Assembly: GCA_951406725.2 (NCBI GenBank)
Contig: OX597814.1
Location: 154,380,001 to 154,444,000, forward strand
Direction of reading: 5' to 3'
Source of the DNA: Octopus vulgaris
Taxonomy: Eukaryota
Length of the DNA stretch: 64,000 bases
The translations under genes were made by a program, and so were the position numbers. Of the stretch, positions 52,609 to 64,000 are shown piece after piece (within the stretch, counting starts at the first letter, position 1; every line of letters begins with the position of its first letter). The notes under the pieces were generated by a model that did no database searches, was not told where the DNA came from, and saw only the letters and a list, made by a program, of their open reading frames with translations.

Positions 52609-54195
52609 GTATTTGTTAGTGTGTATGTGTTCCAGCACCGCTCGCCCGTAGGTCGGTAATAGAATTTAAAAGACTAAATTGGTGAATTTAAACTGACAAA
52701 AGACTGTGAATGGATTTACGGTTGATGTTTCAAGGGAGATAATTATATTAACTCCCCAGCAACGTTTTGAAACCGAGTGTCAATGATTACGTTGACATTT
52801 TTTGTATTTCTAAACTAAACACAGGCTTTGAAAAAAAAAAAAAAAAAAAGACATCATCAATGAATCGATTTATCTAGAGAGACCTTCTGAATGTATAACA
52901 ATGGTTAAGCTAGTTCTTTACTTTGTTTCTGCTATTACAACTTAGGTCAAACTACAATATTGTCTGATGTTTACATATTTATTAACGCAGTAAACATCAA
53001 TGAAAAGGCTAATTAAAACTAATTGTGCAGTGAGGTAAGACTTTCTGCCTTTAGTGAAATGTATCATTTATCTTTCATTTGCTTCAGTCATTAGACTGTG
53101 GCCATATTGGGGCATTGCCTTTAAGAATTTTAGTAAAACGAATCGACTCTAGGACTTTAAAGCCTGGTGCTTAGTCTATCAGTTTCTTTTGTCAAACTGC
53201 TAAATTATGGGAATGTAAACATACCAACACTGGTCGTCAAGCGGTGGACTCACACACACGCGCGCACACATGACTGGCTTCTTTCAGTTTCTGCCTACCA
53301 AATCCACTCACAAGGCTTTGGTTGGCCTGAGACCATAGTAGAAGACACTTGCACAAGTTGCTATGCAGTGGAACTGAACCCAGAACCATGTGGTTGGGAA
53401 GCAAGCTTTTTACTGCAGTCACATCTGCACTTAAATGAGAGAATAACTAAATAAATATACAAAAAGGTGTCCAGTAATGTATTTATATAAGTGGGCATGA
53501 AAACTGGCATGTTTAAAAAATATACCTGTGTTATGTGAGCTAGTTTGTCTATTGTAACTACTGACTTTATTCCACTACACTGATAATACTAATATAACTC
53601 TGTCACCATCTTTTTTTAGTGATTATTACCATTAATTTTATATTTTGAGTTCTACTATTGCTGAGGTTAACTGTGACTTTCATCCCTCTAAGGTCAATAA
53701 ATATGATACCAGTCATGTGTTGGGGTCAATAGTATTGATTAATCTCCTCCTTCTAATTTTAGACCTGTGCTTATGCTAGAAACAGTTATTACCATTATTT
53801 TGAACAGAAGTTACTGTGTTTAGGAAGGGCTATTGATAAAGTCCCTAGTAAAGATCACTCTACAGAACTCCATTGGCAAAAAGTCAGCAGTTTTTCTGTT
53901 TTGTGGCTATGGTCAAAGTAGTTGTACAGGCAGATGTGTTTGAATGGTTTTAGGGCAGCTCCCTATCAGTCTGATCAACTCCTCATTAACTTTTTCAAAT
54001 ATAACTTGAAGCATAAGGTGTGAATGGAGTAACAGGTACTGCCTTTGAGCAAATATGATGAAAAATGTATCCAAGTTGTACAATCAGTGATACTTGAATT
54101 CAGTTTGTAGGTCTGCACTCAGAAGAGATAGGAAGGAGGACCTGAAGCAGAATCTGAGAGGTATAATGGTGTACCCTGATCCTTTCTATCTACAT

Positions 54196-54445
54196 CAGTG
54201 CTTTTCAACCATTCTTTACCTATGGACCCCTTTGATTCTTATTTTACTTGGGTGGATCCTCCTTGCCATTCAATGTTTAACAAATCATATATTTTTTACA
54301 ATTAATTATTAGGAATTGTATAAGAAAAATTGATAAAATATTTTGTGTATTGTAAAATTATAACTGATTTATTGCAGATAAATTTTAACAATAAAATCTT
54401 ATATGGATCCCCAAGGGAAGTATAGTCCCTGGTTGAGAACCACTG
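54196..54445. mobile_element. hAT-family MITE, 250 bp
   Basis: TIRs cagtgcttttcaacc / ggttgagaaccactg with a perfect 8-bp TSD atctacat on both sides. Confidence 0.9.
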
Positions 54446-55533
54446 ATCTACATGGTGGTGGTGGTGGTTTCTCTTCCCCCTTTATAGATAGGGTACTTTT
54501 GTTATACTTTTATATCTTTAGTTTTTAATCCCTTTTTCACGTTGTATTACTTTTATTGCTTTTTCCTTACTTTTACTTGTCTTGTATCTTGAGGGGTCAC
54601 CTGGACACCGTATCATCACTATTTATCTCCTTGCAGCCCCACCTGACCATTCTCATCTTCTCTTCTGAATGTGAGTGGTCATGTAGTCCCTCTGCAAAGA
54701 CAACATGCTCTGTACCGCTTCTCTCATACTTTAACCAATTATCTCCTAGCATAAAGCCAACACCCACTTCCCACTCAGGGTCCATAAACTCACTAGTGCT
54801 AGTGGCACAAAAAAAAACACCCAGTACACACTATAAAGTGGTTGGTGTTAGGAAGGGCACCCAGCCATAGAAACCATGTCAAAGCAGATACTGGAGGATG
54901 ATGCAGTGCTTGGGTTAATTGGATCTGGTAAAACTATCCAACTCAAGTCAACATGGAGCTTAATCCTTTAGCATTTAAACCAGCCATATCCCACCAAAAT
55001 AATATACCTGTTTTATCTTCAAACTGGCCATATCTGATCTCTCACACTTACCCTACAATAGTATTCTTAAAATAAACACCTGGTGTCACGCAAAGGGCAC
55101 CTATGCTGGTGGCATGTAAAAGCACCCATTGCATTCTCAGAGTGGTTGGCATTAGGAAGGGCATCCAGCAGTAGAAAACCATGCCAAATCAGCCTGGAGT
55201 CTAGGGCAGCCTTCTAGCTTACCAGCCCTGGTCAAACCAGATGTTAAATGATGATGATGATAACATTATTGAAATCTTAAAGCTACAAAGTAATGTAGAA
55301 CTAATTCATATGAATGTGAATTAAATAAACATTACATTTGAGAAAGTAATCTGAATGCTAAAGGGCTAAATGATGATGGTGATAATGATACAATCACCAT
55401 GTTTTTTTGAAATCCCTTTTGTGTATTATACAGAAGGCCCTTGTGGCTAATATAGTGGCTGTTATAATGCTCATTATAACTTTTCCTCCATAAATATTAT
55501 TTACATTTCTAAGAAACTAGTTTAAACTCTTAC

Positions 55534-55606
55534 CAAATGCTTTTCCAATTGCAATAGTTTCAAGAATTCCAAGAATTGGTATAATAATGAACCCTGGTCC
55601 AATATC
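55534..55606 (-). CDS. SLC26A11: SLC26A11-like exon (DIGPGFIIIPILGILETIAIGKAF)
   Basis: tctctttcag acceptor, G|gtaaga donor, 73 nt, phase 0 to 1. Matches the TM8 LESIAxxKAF motif. Confidence 0.95.
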
Positions 55607-56819
55607 CTGAAAGAGATAAACAATAATAGCAGTCAGCCAAAGATCACTTTTCATAAGTGTGAGAACAAAATTTGGTTAAGGGGTGCAAATCAAGGCCCAA
55701 TCCAAGAGGTTCAAAGTGCTTTTATTGACCTCCATCTAAAATAAGATTTTAGTGGGTGCATCTGCATCTCCTACACCCCCTGTTCCCAAGCCTATGTCAT
55801 TGCTGTTCAGTATTAATTCTCGTTGCTCTTTTCAAGCCTAGCCAGGCTCATGGGCCTGGTTTCCTGGTTTCTGTGGCATATGTCCCCCCCCCCCCCAGTT
55901 GGACAGGACGCCAGTCCATTGCAGCATTACTGAAAAAACAGGAAGAGAGATTGAGAGAAAATTCTGGTGAAAGAGTATAACAGGGGTCACCACCATCCCC
56001 TGTTGAAGCCTTGTGAAGCTTTTAGGTGTTTTTGCTCAATAAACACACGCAACGCCCAGTCTGGGAATCGAAACTGCGATCCTCCGACTGCGAGTCTGCT
56101 GCCCTAACCACTGCCCCAGTATTAATATTTGATTATTAATATTCAGTATTAATATTTACTTATTTATGTTAAATGTAAGAACTTCAACTGAGTGAAAATT
56201 ATATTACATATTTTAATTTTTGTTTAAAAAAAACATGCAACAAAAACAAGAATTTAGAAACTTGAAGAACATGAAATAATCATGTTTTGGAAGAGTGAAT
56301 CTTGAAGCAATTAAACCTCTAAATATTGCATCTCATAACTGATTTCAAATTTTGGCACAAGGCCAGCAGTTTCAGGAGAGAAGGTAAGTTGATTACATTG
56401 ACCCCAGTACTCAAGTGGTACTTATTTTATCGACCCCAAATGGATGAAAGGCAAAGTCAATCAACGCTGGTAGCATCTGAACTCAGAATGCAAAGTCAGA
56501 AGAAATACCACTAAGCATTTTGCCTGGCATGATAATGGTTCCATCAGCTTGCTGCCTTAAAGCATCTAAATATTGGGTTAAAAAAAACCCTTTCAATAGA
56601 AAACATCTAAGGCTGCTGGTAGGATTTGAACCCACACCTCCTGTAATGTAGAACCCTTGTCATGTTTACAAGAGATGTCCAACCTTGGGCAGCTATGGAC
56701 TGTTTCTATCCAAATGTCTCTTTTTCTTTTTTAACTCAGTATTTACATTCTAGTATTTATAGATTTAACTATTTCAAGACTCACTTATCCAAACAAAAAA
56801 TTATGCAACAAAAACTTAC

Positions 56820-57001
56820 AGAGAGAATTTCTGATGTGGATCGAGTGACATTCTTGGTATGGATTGAAAAATCTGGGATTCTGAAAGGTGGTAGTCCTTC
56901 TTGGATGTCATTGGTGAGAGTAAATATATTTTTGTCTGGATTTTGACTTATTACTGCATAAGATACTGCTGAAGCTGATATTACTATGACTGCATTTGCA
57001 G
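56820..57001 (-). CDS. SLC26A11: SLC26A11-like exon (AANAVIVISASAVSYAVISQNPDKNIFTLTNDIQEGLPPFRIPDFSIHTKNVTRSTSEILS)
   Basis: ttctttatttttag acceptor, gtaagt donor, 182 nt, phase 1 to 0. Contains the SLC26 TM7 NAxxV and EGLPPF motifs. Confidence 0.92.
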
Positions 57002-57507
57002 CTAAAAATAAAGAAGAAAGTAATTTCGTTTTTAATGCAAATTCTAGTCTTAAATCATGTTCTTTTTTTATCTTCTATAATTCCATTCATATCTAGGATG
57101 CATGACATCATCATCATTATTTTCATCGTTTAACATCTGCTTTCCATGCTAGCATGGGTTGGATGATTTGACTGAGGTCTGGCGAACCAGATGGCTGCAC
57201 CAGGTTCCAATCTTGATCTGACAGAGTTTCTACAGCTGGATGCCCTTCCTAATGCCAACCACTCCGAGAGTGTAGTGGGTGCTTTTACATGTCACCTGCA
57301 CGAGGGCCAGTCAGGCGGTACTGGCAACGGCCATGCTCAAATGGTGTTTTTTACGAGCCACCTGCACAGGAGCCAGTCCAGCGGCACGGGCAACGACCGT
57401 GAATCTAAGCAGCAGTGAACATCTCTCATTTATTCAGGCTATGGATTGTATCATCCAGAGAAATATTTGTGGATATAAAATGTTGATATGCTCGTCATCA
57501 TCGTTGT

Positions 57508-57924
57508 CTTTTACTTCCTCTAAGCGATCGGGTTCAGTCGTCTTCTCCAGGCCATCAGAAAACGCACTGACGATGACACGGAATGCCACTGTGCATAAGC
57601 GAACTCGTCAGCCAGATCCGAGGACCTTACCGGACCGTTTGATCGATAGTAGTGATGGGCGGTGTGTACAAAGGGCAGGGATGTGATCGATGCGGGCTGA
57701 TGACCTGCACCTACCGGGAATTCCTCATTCACGGAGTTGGTTCCAGGCCCCGATCCCTATCATGAGAGGTGGTTCAGAGGTTTTCTGACCCTCTCAGGCC
57801 GGGGAAGATGTGCCCGCTGACACCTCCAGTGTAGCGCATGTGCGGCCCCGGACATCTAAGGGCATCACAGACCTGTTATCGCTCTGCCTCGTGCAGATTT
57901 CTGCCACTCATCCCTCTAAGAAGT
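57508..57924 (-). pseudogene. 18S rRNA fragment (3' major/minor domain), dispersed pseudogene
   Basis: Reverse complements of universal SSU motifs: cttttacttcctcta, gggcggtgtgtacaaagggcaggga, gggaattcctc, gacatctaagggcatcacagacctgtta, ccctctaagaag. Many CpG-decay substitutions and both ends truncated. Confidence 0.92.
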
Positions 57925-58165
57925 GCTGCATCGTCATCGTCGTCATCATCATCATCATCTATTAAAAACAATCTTTTCTGATTGACTTAGTTGAATTATT
58001 TTGAAAATCTAAATATTTTTCCCAAAGCTATATCAATACTTGAAATGAAATATCATTGACAAATTTAATGACTAAAATCATACATTAAATTATTATTTTT
58101 TCAAATGGAATTATATAACTTCTATTGACCATTTGAGAAGCAAAAGTAAAAACCTGCATCCTTAC

Positions 58166-58257
58166 CAGTTCCAAACAACCACAAAAAAATTCCGGGCAAT
58201 TTTCTGAGACCAATGTATTGTTTCATCAGTGTCCATCCAATTTATGGAACGAAGCTT
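58166..58257 (-). CDS. SLC26A11: SLC26A11-like anion transporter, internal exon (KLRSINWMDTDETIHWSQKIARN-[+1]-FLWLFGT)
   Basis: ttacttacag acceptor and G|gtaagg donor. Only frame 0 is open. The exon is 92 nt, but the next exon needs phase 1 (91 nt). Removing one T from the T7 run (+ strand A 58183-58189) gives ...ARNFLWLFGT|A, matching the SLC26A11 pre-TM7 segment. Confidence 0.8.
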
Positions 58258-61200
58258 CTGTAAGTAACAAAAACATTTCATCAATGACATATTGTACACA
58301 AAAGCAACTAATAATTCTTCAATCAGGCATCAGTCAAAAGAATTTCTATAAAGTTAAAATAGGTGCCAGCATGGCTGTGTGGTAAGAAGTTTGCTTCCTA
58401 ACCACATGGTTCTGGGTTCAGACCCACCGCATGCCACCTTGGGCAAGTGCCTTCTATTGCTTCAGGCTGACCAAAGCCTTCTGAGTGGATTTGGATTTGG
58501 TTGATAAAAACTGAAAGGAGTCTGTCATATACATACACACACATGTGTGTGTTTGATCCCTACAGCTTGACAACTCATGTTGGTGTGTTGACATCCCTGT
58601 AACTTAGTGGTTTGACAAAAGGGAATCAATAAAATAAGTGCCAGGCTTAAAAAGAAAATAACCCCTGGGGTTGATTAGTTCAAATAAAATTCCCATAAGG
58701 TAGAGCCCCAGTATGGCCACAGTCTAGTGATCAAAACAAGTAAAAGATTAAAAGATAAAAGAGACTAGTACAGGGGTGAGAACCTGTGACCTTTCATGTT
58801 GTTAAGCATAAACCTATGGAAGAAGTCTTTTATTTGCATTTTAGTTCATATTTTATATCTAAAAAAAATTGTTCATTACACAATATTATATTTATGGTAA
58901 TGTTCTGAAATTCTTGAAAAAAGTTATTAAAAGGTTCAGTTTATATTGACAGTTTACATTGTGTTACTTTAATATTAATAATTACATTTTCAGAGTAAAA
59001 GTGATTATATTTATCTAAGAAATGAGCTGGCAGAATTGTTAGCATGCTGGATGAAATGCTTAGTGGTATTTCATCTGTCTTTACGTTCTGAGTTCAAATT
59101 CTGCCAAGGTTTACTTTATCTTTCATCCTTTTGGGGTTGATAAAATAAGTACCAATTGAGTACTAGGGTCAATGTAATTGGCTTAACTACTCCTGGCCAG
59201 GAGTATGAAAACTACATCCCACTGTCGAGCCATGTTGAGCCAGTGTGGCAGAGTAGGCTCAACAAACTAGTATCATCTCAAGCCCAAATTCATGGCCTCC
59301 ATATCAAGCTATGATCAGTGGAGAGAACATGTAGTGCACCTGAGCACTGTATACAATAAGTTCATTATTATTATTGAGTGAGAGAGCAGTGCATGCCATC
59401 AAAATGACACTGGGGTAAAATATACGAAGCCCAATATACCCATCATGACTACCTGTCTGATAAGGGTACACCAGGCACATGCATCACAACCCTATGTGCG
59501 CGACATGGTGATTTCATATCAAGATAAACGGCGCATGACCTTGCAGGTGGGGCCTAGTTAGAATTTTCTTCAGGTCGAGTAGCCCATCCTGCTCAAACAG
59601 TCCCTAAATAAGGATGTTGAACGAACCACATGTTTCCAAATGTGAATTATCCAAACCTCTAAGAATTCTTTTCAACACATGGCTATGATGCTTCCCCACT
59701 ACTTCTGCTCGTGATCAGAGATGCACATATTGTCAGCCACTAAGGGACATGGTCAACTGGTTACGGTCAAACAACTGGCAAGCAAATCTGTGGTATTGAG
59801 CAGAATATTTGCTGTAGCCCATCTTTATTATTATTATTATTATTATTTATAACACGATGAAGTGTTCATCTTGCAGTAAAATGAACATGAGCAATCTAAT
59901 CTAATCCAATCCAGTATTTATCTGTATATTTGATAAAACTTTTTACAAATTTCCTCACTCTAATATCAAGGAATTTGTTGATTTTAGTCCAAATCATGTC
60001 ACTTAGCAGTAAGCAATTTTCAGGGTTGCTACAACAGTGGCAAACAATTTTTAAAAGAATGTACACCCCAGTTTCCATGACATATAAGTGACGGAAATTA
60101 TAATGACCCCGTCCACTGAACAGGACACCACTCCATTGCAGGGTTAAGTTCCCACCTATTATTGGAACTCATTTATAGCTGGGTGACTGTGGAGCAACAA
60201 GATATGAAGTGCTTGGCTCAAGAACACAATGCACAACCCAGTCCAGGAATCGAAACCATAATTTTATGATTGTGAGGGAAACATCTTAACAACTAGGCCA
60301 CGTGCCTTCACAGTACATTGCTGTGACACATTTAATTCAATATGGCTTTAAAGTATAAAATGGTTTCCCTTCCCTATTCTGGATAAGTTGATAGGAGGTT
60401 CAACTGCTTATCGCATATCACTGGTGTATCACATTGTCCTTAACTTCTGTAATTTAGTTCATGTAACTGGAGACAGATACTATACAGTAGTTGTGTTGCT
60501 TTTTTGGGGTCTGTGCTTATTGTACATCTATGATCAAAGGCATACCAAGTGTATCTAGATCTACGTTACTGAACTGTGATTTGAAGGAGATGGAACTGTT
60601 ATTTCTAGTTCACTGAACGGTGGCGTTGGGACCCTTCTTTGACGTGTGACTAATTTAATAATGTATAGTGTCGAAGTGGGCGTTTTATGTCATGTGAATA
60701 AATGAACCACAACGGCTTGAGACTTTATACAAGGGAGGCAACTCTTCCTTCTTAATTTTTTCCCCCCACTATTGTTTAATGTTAAACACGGAAAGAAAAA
60801 AATTCACCAAGGATTAGGTAGGTGAGAGGTAGAAGAGAGATAGTGTGAGAAAGAAAAGGAGAGAGAGAAAATGTTGTTTATGATACGTTAATGGGTCATG
60901 GGATCTTTTCGGTTTGAACGGCAGTTTTTAAAAATAATTTCCACGTAACTTTTAAACTTCGTATACTGGTAGAATGTGTTTATAAAACATCTTTTTCTGT
61001 AGGCTTTATTGAGAAAATTCTATGGTTTGTAAGATATTTGTTGTGTTTTTTCTTCAATTTCTGCAATTTCAACCAATCAGTGACGTCTATTGAGGTGAAA
61101 ACATTCTGTGCCGTATGAATATGTCCCTCGTTTAAGAAACAGATTGGGTTTATTGACATTTCTGAAGAAGAAAAAAGATACCCTTCTCCCCACCCCTAAC

Positions 61201-61731
61201 CCTAACCCTAAAACAGATTGAAATGCAATAGATCGATACTAGGGTCATAATTATGGGTGACAATTTCATGTGTTCAGATCTGTTCTATATGAAACAAGAA
61301 CAACAATTATGATGGGCCCACAAAAAGCCCATCATGTGCTTGTTCAAGTGATCATCACTGCTACTCCATTAAAGTAACCAAAGCCAGTAGCAAGACTAGC
61401 GGCTGCAGTACCACACCACCAACAAAAAATGACTACCATTATCACCAGCAATGCCAAAAATGACCAAATCCATCACCTCTATCAAAGCAACTATTGCCAT
61501 TGCCACTGCCAACATAAAACACAATTCAGTAATGTAATCACTTACTTTGATGAAATGTACCAACACCAAGCAGGAAACACCTAAGAGAAGATCCCAGACA
61601 CTGCAAAAAACAAAAGAAAAAAAACACGAAGATTGCTGCATTAATAAATAAACAACAAAACATTACATTATTGGAAGTTTTGAAGAAATTATTTATAACA
61701 GAAGAACCCACACAAACTGATACACACACAT

Positions 61732-61762
<31 letters not shown>

Positions 61763-61769
61763 CACATAC

Positions 61770-61977
61770 TCTCTTACTCTTTTACTTGTTTCAGTCATTT
61801 GACTGCGGCTATACTGGAGCACCGTCTTTAGTTAAGCAAATCGACCCCAGGACTTATTCTTTGTAAGCCTAGTACTTATTCTATCGGTCTTTTTTGCCGA
61901 ACTGCTAAGTTACAGGGACGTAAACACACCAGCATCGGTTGTCAAGCAGTGTTGGGGGAACAAACACAGACACACAA

Positions 61978-62015
<38 letters not shown>

Positions 62016-62172
62016 GACAGGCTTCTTTCAGTTTCTGTCTACCAAATCCACTCACAAGGCTTTGGTCGGCCCGAGGCTATAGTAGAAGACACTTGCCCAA
62101 GGTGTCACGCAGTGGGACTGAACCTAGAACCATGTGGTTGGTAAGCAAACTACTTACCACACAGCCACTCCT
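61770..62172 (-). mobile_element. Family A SINE (further copies ~9150-9655, 23710-24020, 34690-35080, 49130-49483, 53070-53430, 58360-58762, plus partials)
   Basis: Reverse complement of the consensus. Confidence 0.9.
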
Positions 62173-64000
62173 TTTTTGATGTCCACTTTTTCATGTTAGC
62201 ATTGGTCAGAGTTTACAGAGGCAGATTTTTTTTTTTTACAGCTGGACACCTTTCCTGTTACCAATTCTCACCTGTTTCCAAGCAAGGTAATATTTCTTGG
62301 TGGCCAGATACATTTTTGCAGAATACTGGAAATGAGTGGTACAACTTGTACGACAGTAACACCCATTTAGAGCTATCACTCATTATATCAAGATGAGACA
62401 CAGAGACACACACATACACACATACACATGCATGCTTGATGGACTCCTTTCAATTTTAATACATATATAGGATGGGCTTCTTTCAGTTTCCGTCTACCAA
62501 ATCCACTCATAAGGCTTTGGTCGGCCCGAGGCTATAGTAGAAGACACTTGCCTAAGGTGCCATGCAGTGGGACTGAACCTGGAACAATGTAGTTGGTTAG
62601 CAAGCTACTTACTGATGGCCTGGTTGATACTCTGATATGTATGTAATACATACAGTAGTACATATTCACATTAAGAAGACAATATTGAAATACATTATAA
62701 ATTCCCCTCACATTTCACCCTACCATAATGAAAATAAGAGGGGGGAAAAAAAGCAGAGAACACATTAGATAATGTAGTCTAAGATATCATTAAACAAATG
62801 GAATGGTCACATGTGGAATGCCTTTGATAAAATATCTGCATGAATCAGAGTTGATGTCATCTGAGAAACATCAAGGATCAAGTGATTTTCATATAAAGCA
62901 ACATGTGTTTGTTTCTCAATGAGTGCACTGAATCCCTAGAAGCCTTCACTGAGCTGAAATTACAGTGAATAAATGTGTGTGCTTGCATGTGTGTGTGTGT
63001 GAGAGAGAGAGTATGTGTATGTATTTGTGAGAGTGTGAATGTGTGTATGTGTGTGTGCATTTGTGAGAGTGTAAGTGTGTGTATTTATGAGAGTGTGTGT
63101 GAGTGTGTATGTATATGTGTGTGTGTGTGTGAGCTTGTTTCAATGCATGTAATTTATTGAAAGCTGTAACTTAACAAATCATTAATTAATTTCTCATTGT
63201 CCTTGGACAATTATATAAAAAGAAAACAAAAACAACAACAGGGTTACAAACAGATGCACAAGACTAAATAAGGAGACTTATTCTGATTGGTTGACAATTT
63301 TTAAAAAAATCCAAATATATTCAATAAATGACAATAACTATTTATTTATATATTCTCATATGTCACATTATTTTTTGCATATACTGCAGTCAGCAATGGA
63401 TATATACATGTTTCAAAAAATATTTTTCATTTACAAATTGCTGAACCAATCAAATCAATAATTATTATAAAAATTCTGCTCATTTATGATCTTGTGTACC
63501 TATTTATAACCCTGCTTTACCATTTTATCAGTGGTTGTTCTAAGTTTAGCAACAAGTATAATGGTTTGCAAAAATCCCATCTTCTAATAAATAAACTATT
63601 CTATTTTTATACTGGTTTCAAATTTTGGCACAAGGCCAGCAATTTCAGGAGAAGAGTAAGTTGATTATATTGACCCTAGTACTCAACTGGTACTTATTTT
63701 ATCAAGGATGAAAAGTAAAGTCAACCTCATCGGAATTTGAACTCAGAATGTAAAGATAGATGAAATGCCACTAAGCTTGGCATGCTAATGATTCTTATTT
63801 CTTTATTGCCCACAAGGGGCTAAACACAGAGGAGACAAACAAGGCCAGACAAAAGGATTAAGCTGATTAGATCAACCCCAGTGCGTAACTGGTACTTATT
63901 TAATCGACCCTGAAAGGATGAAAGGCAAAGTCGACCTCGGCGGAATTTGAACTCAGAAAGTAAAGACAGACGAAATACCTATTTCTTTACTACTCACAAG

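Noticed and set aside
56611-56645. tRNA-Leu-like T-arm and 3' end on the minus strand
   Set aside because: No recognisable D-arm or anticodon arm. At most a fragment.
61195-61212. (CCCTAA)n telomere-like motif
   Set aside because: Under three units and embedded in an interspersed repeat (~60895-61270).

Overview
Eukaryotic, AT-rich, microsatellite- and SINE-dense DNA with repeat families typical of an Octopus genome (taxon inferred from repeat consensus recall). The one protein-coding gene I can support is an SLC26A11-like anion transporter on the minus strand. Seven internal exons (58257 down to 14841) splice into the transmembrane core. One exon carries a +1 T in a homopolymer (assembly error or true frameshift), and one intron is 32 kb. 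The rest is intronic and full of mobile DNA: three or more tRNA-derived SINE families, RTE and CR1 LINE fragments, mariner/Tc1 relics, hAT MITEs with perfect 8-bp TSDs, piggyBac-like MITEs and two non-autonomous Helitrons. It also holds an 18S rRNA pseudogene fragment and a tRNA-Asp pseudogene. The most notable hidden signal is a set of about ten minimal type-I hammerhead-ribozyme motifs (CUGANGA-stem II-GAAA-palindromic stem III-NUH) from several unrelated families. They often sit in fold-back inverted pairs, many inside (TA)n tracts, consistent with Penelope-like or retrozyme-type non-autonomous elements. Almost all ORFs in the supplied track are microsatellite or SINE artefacts.
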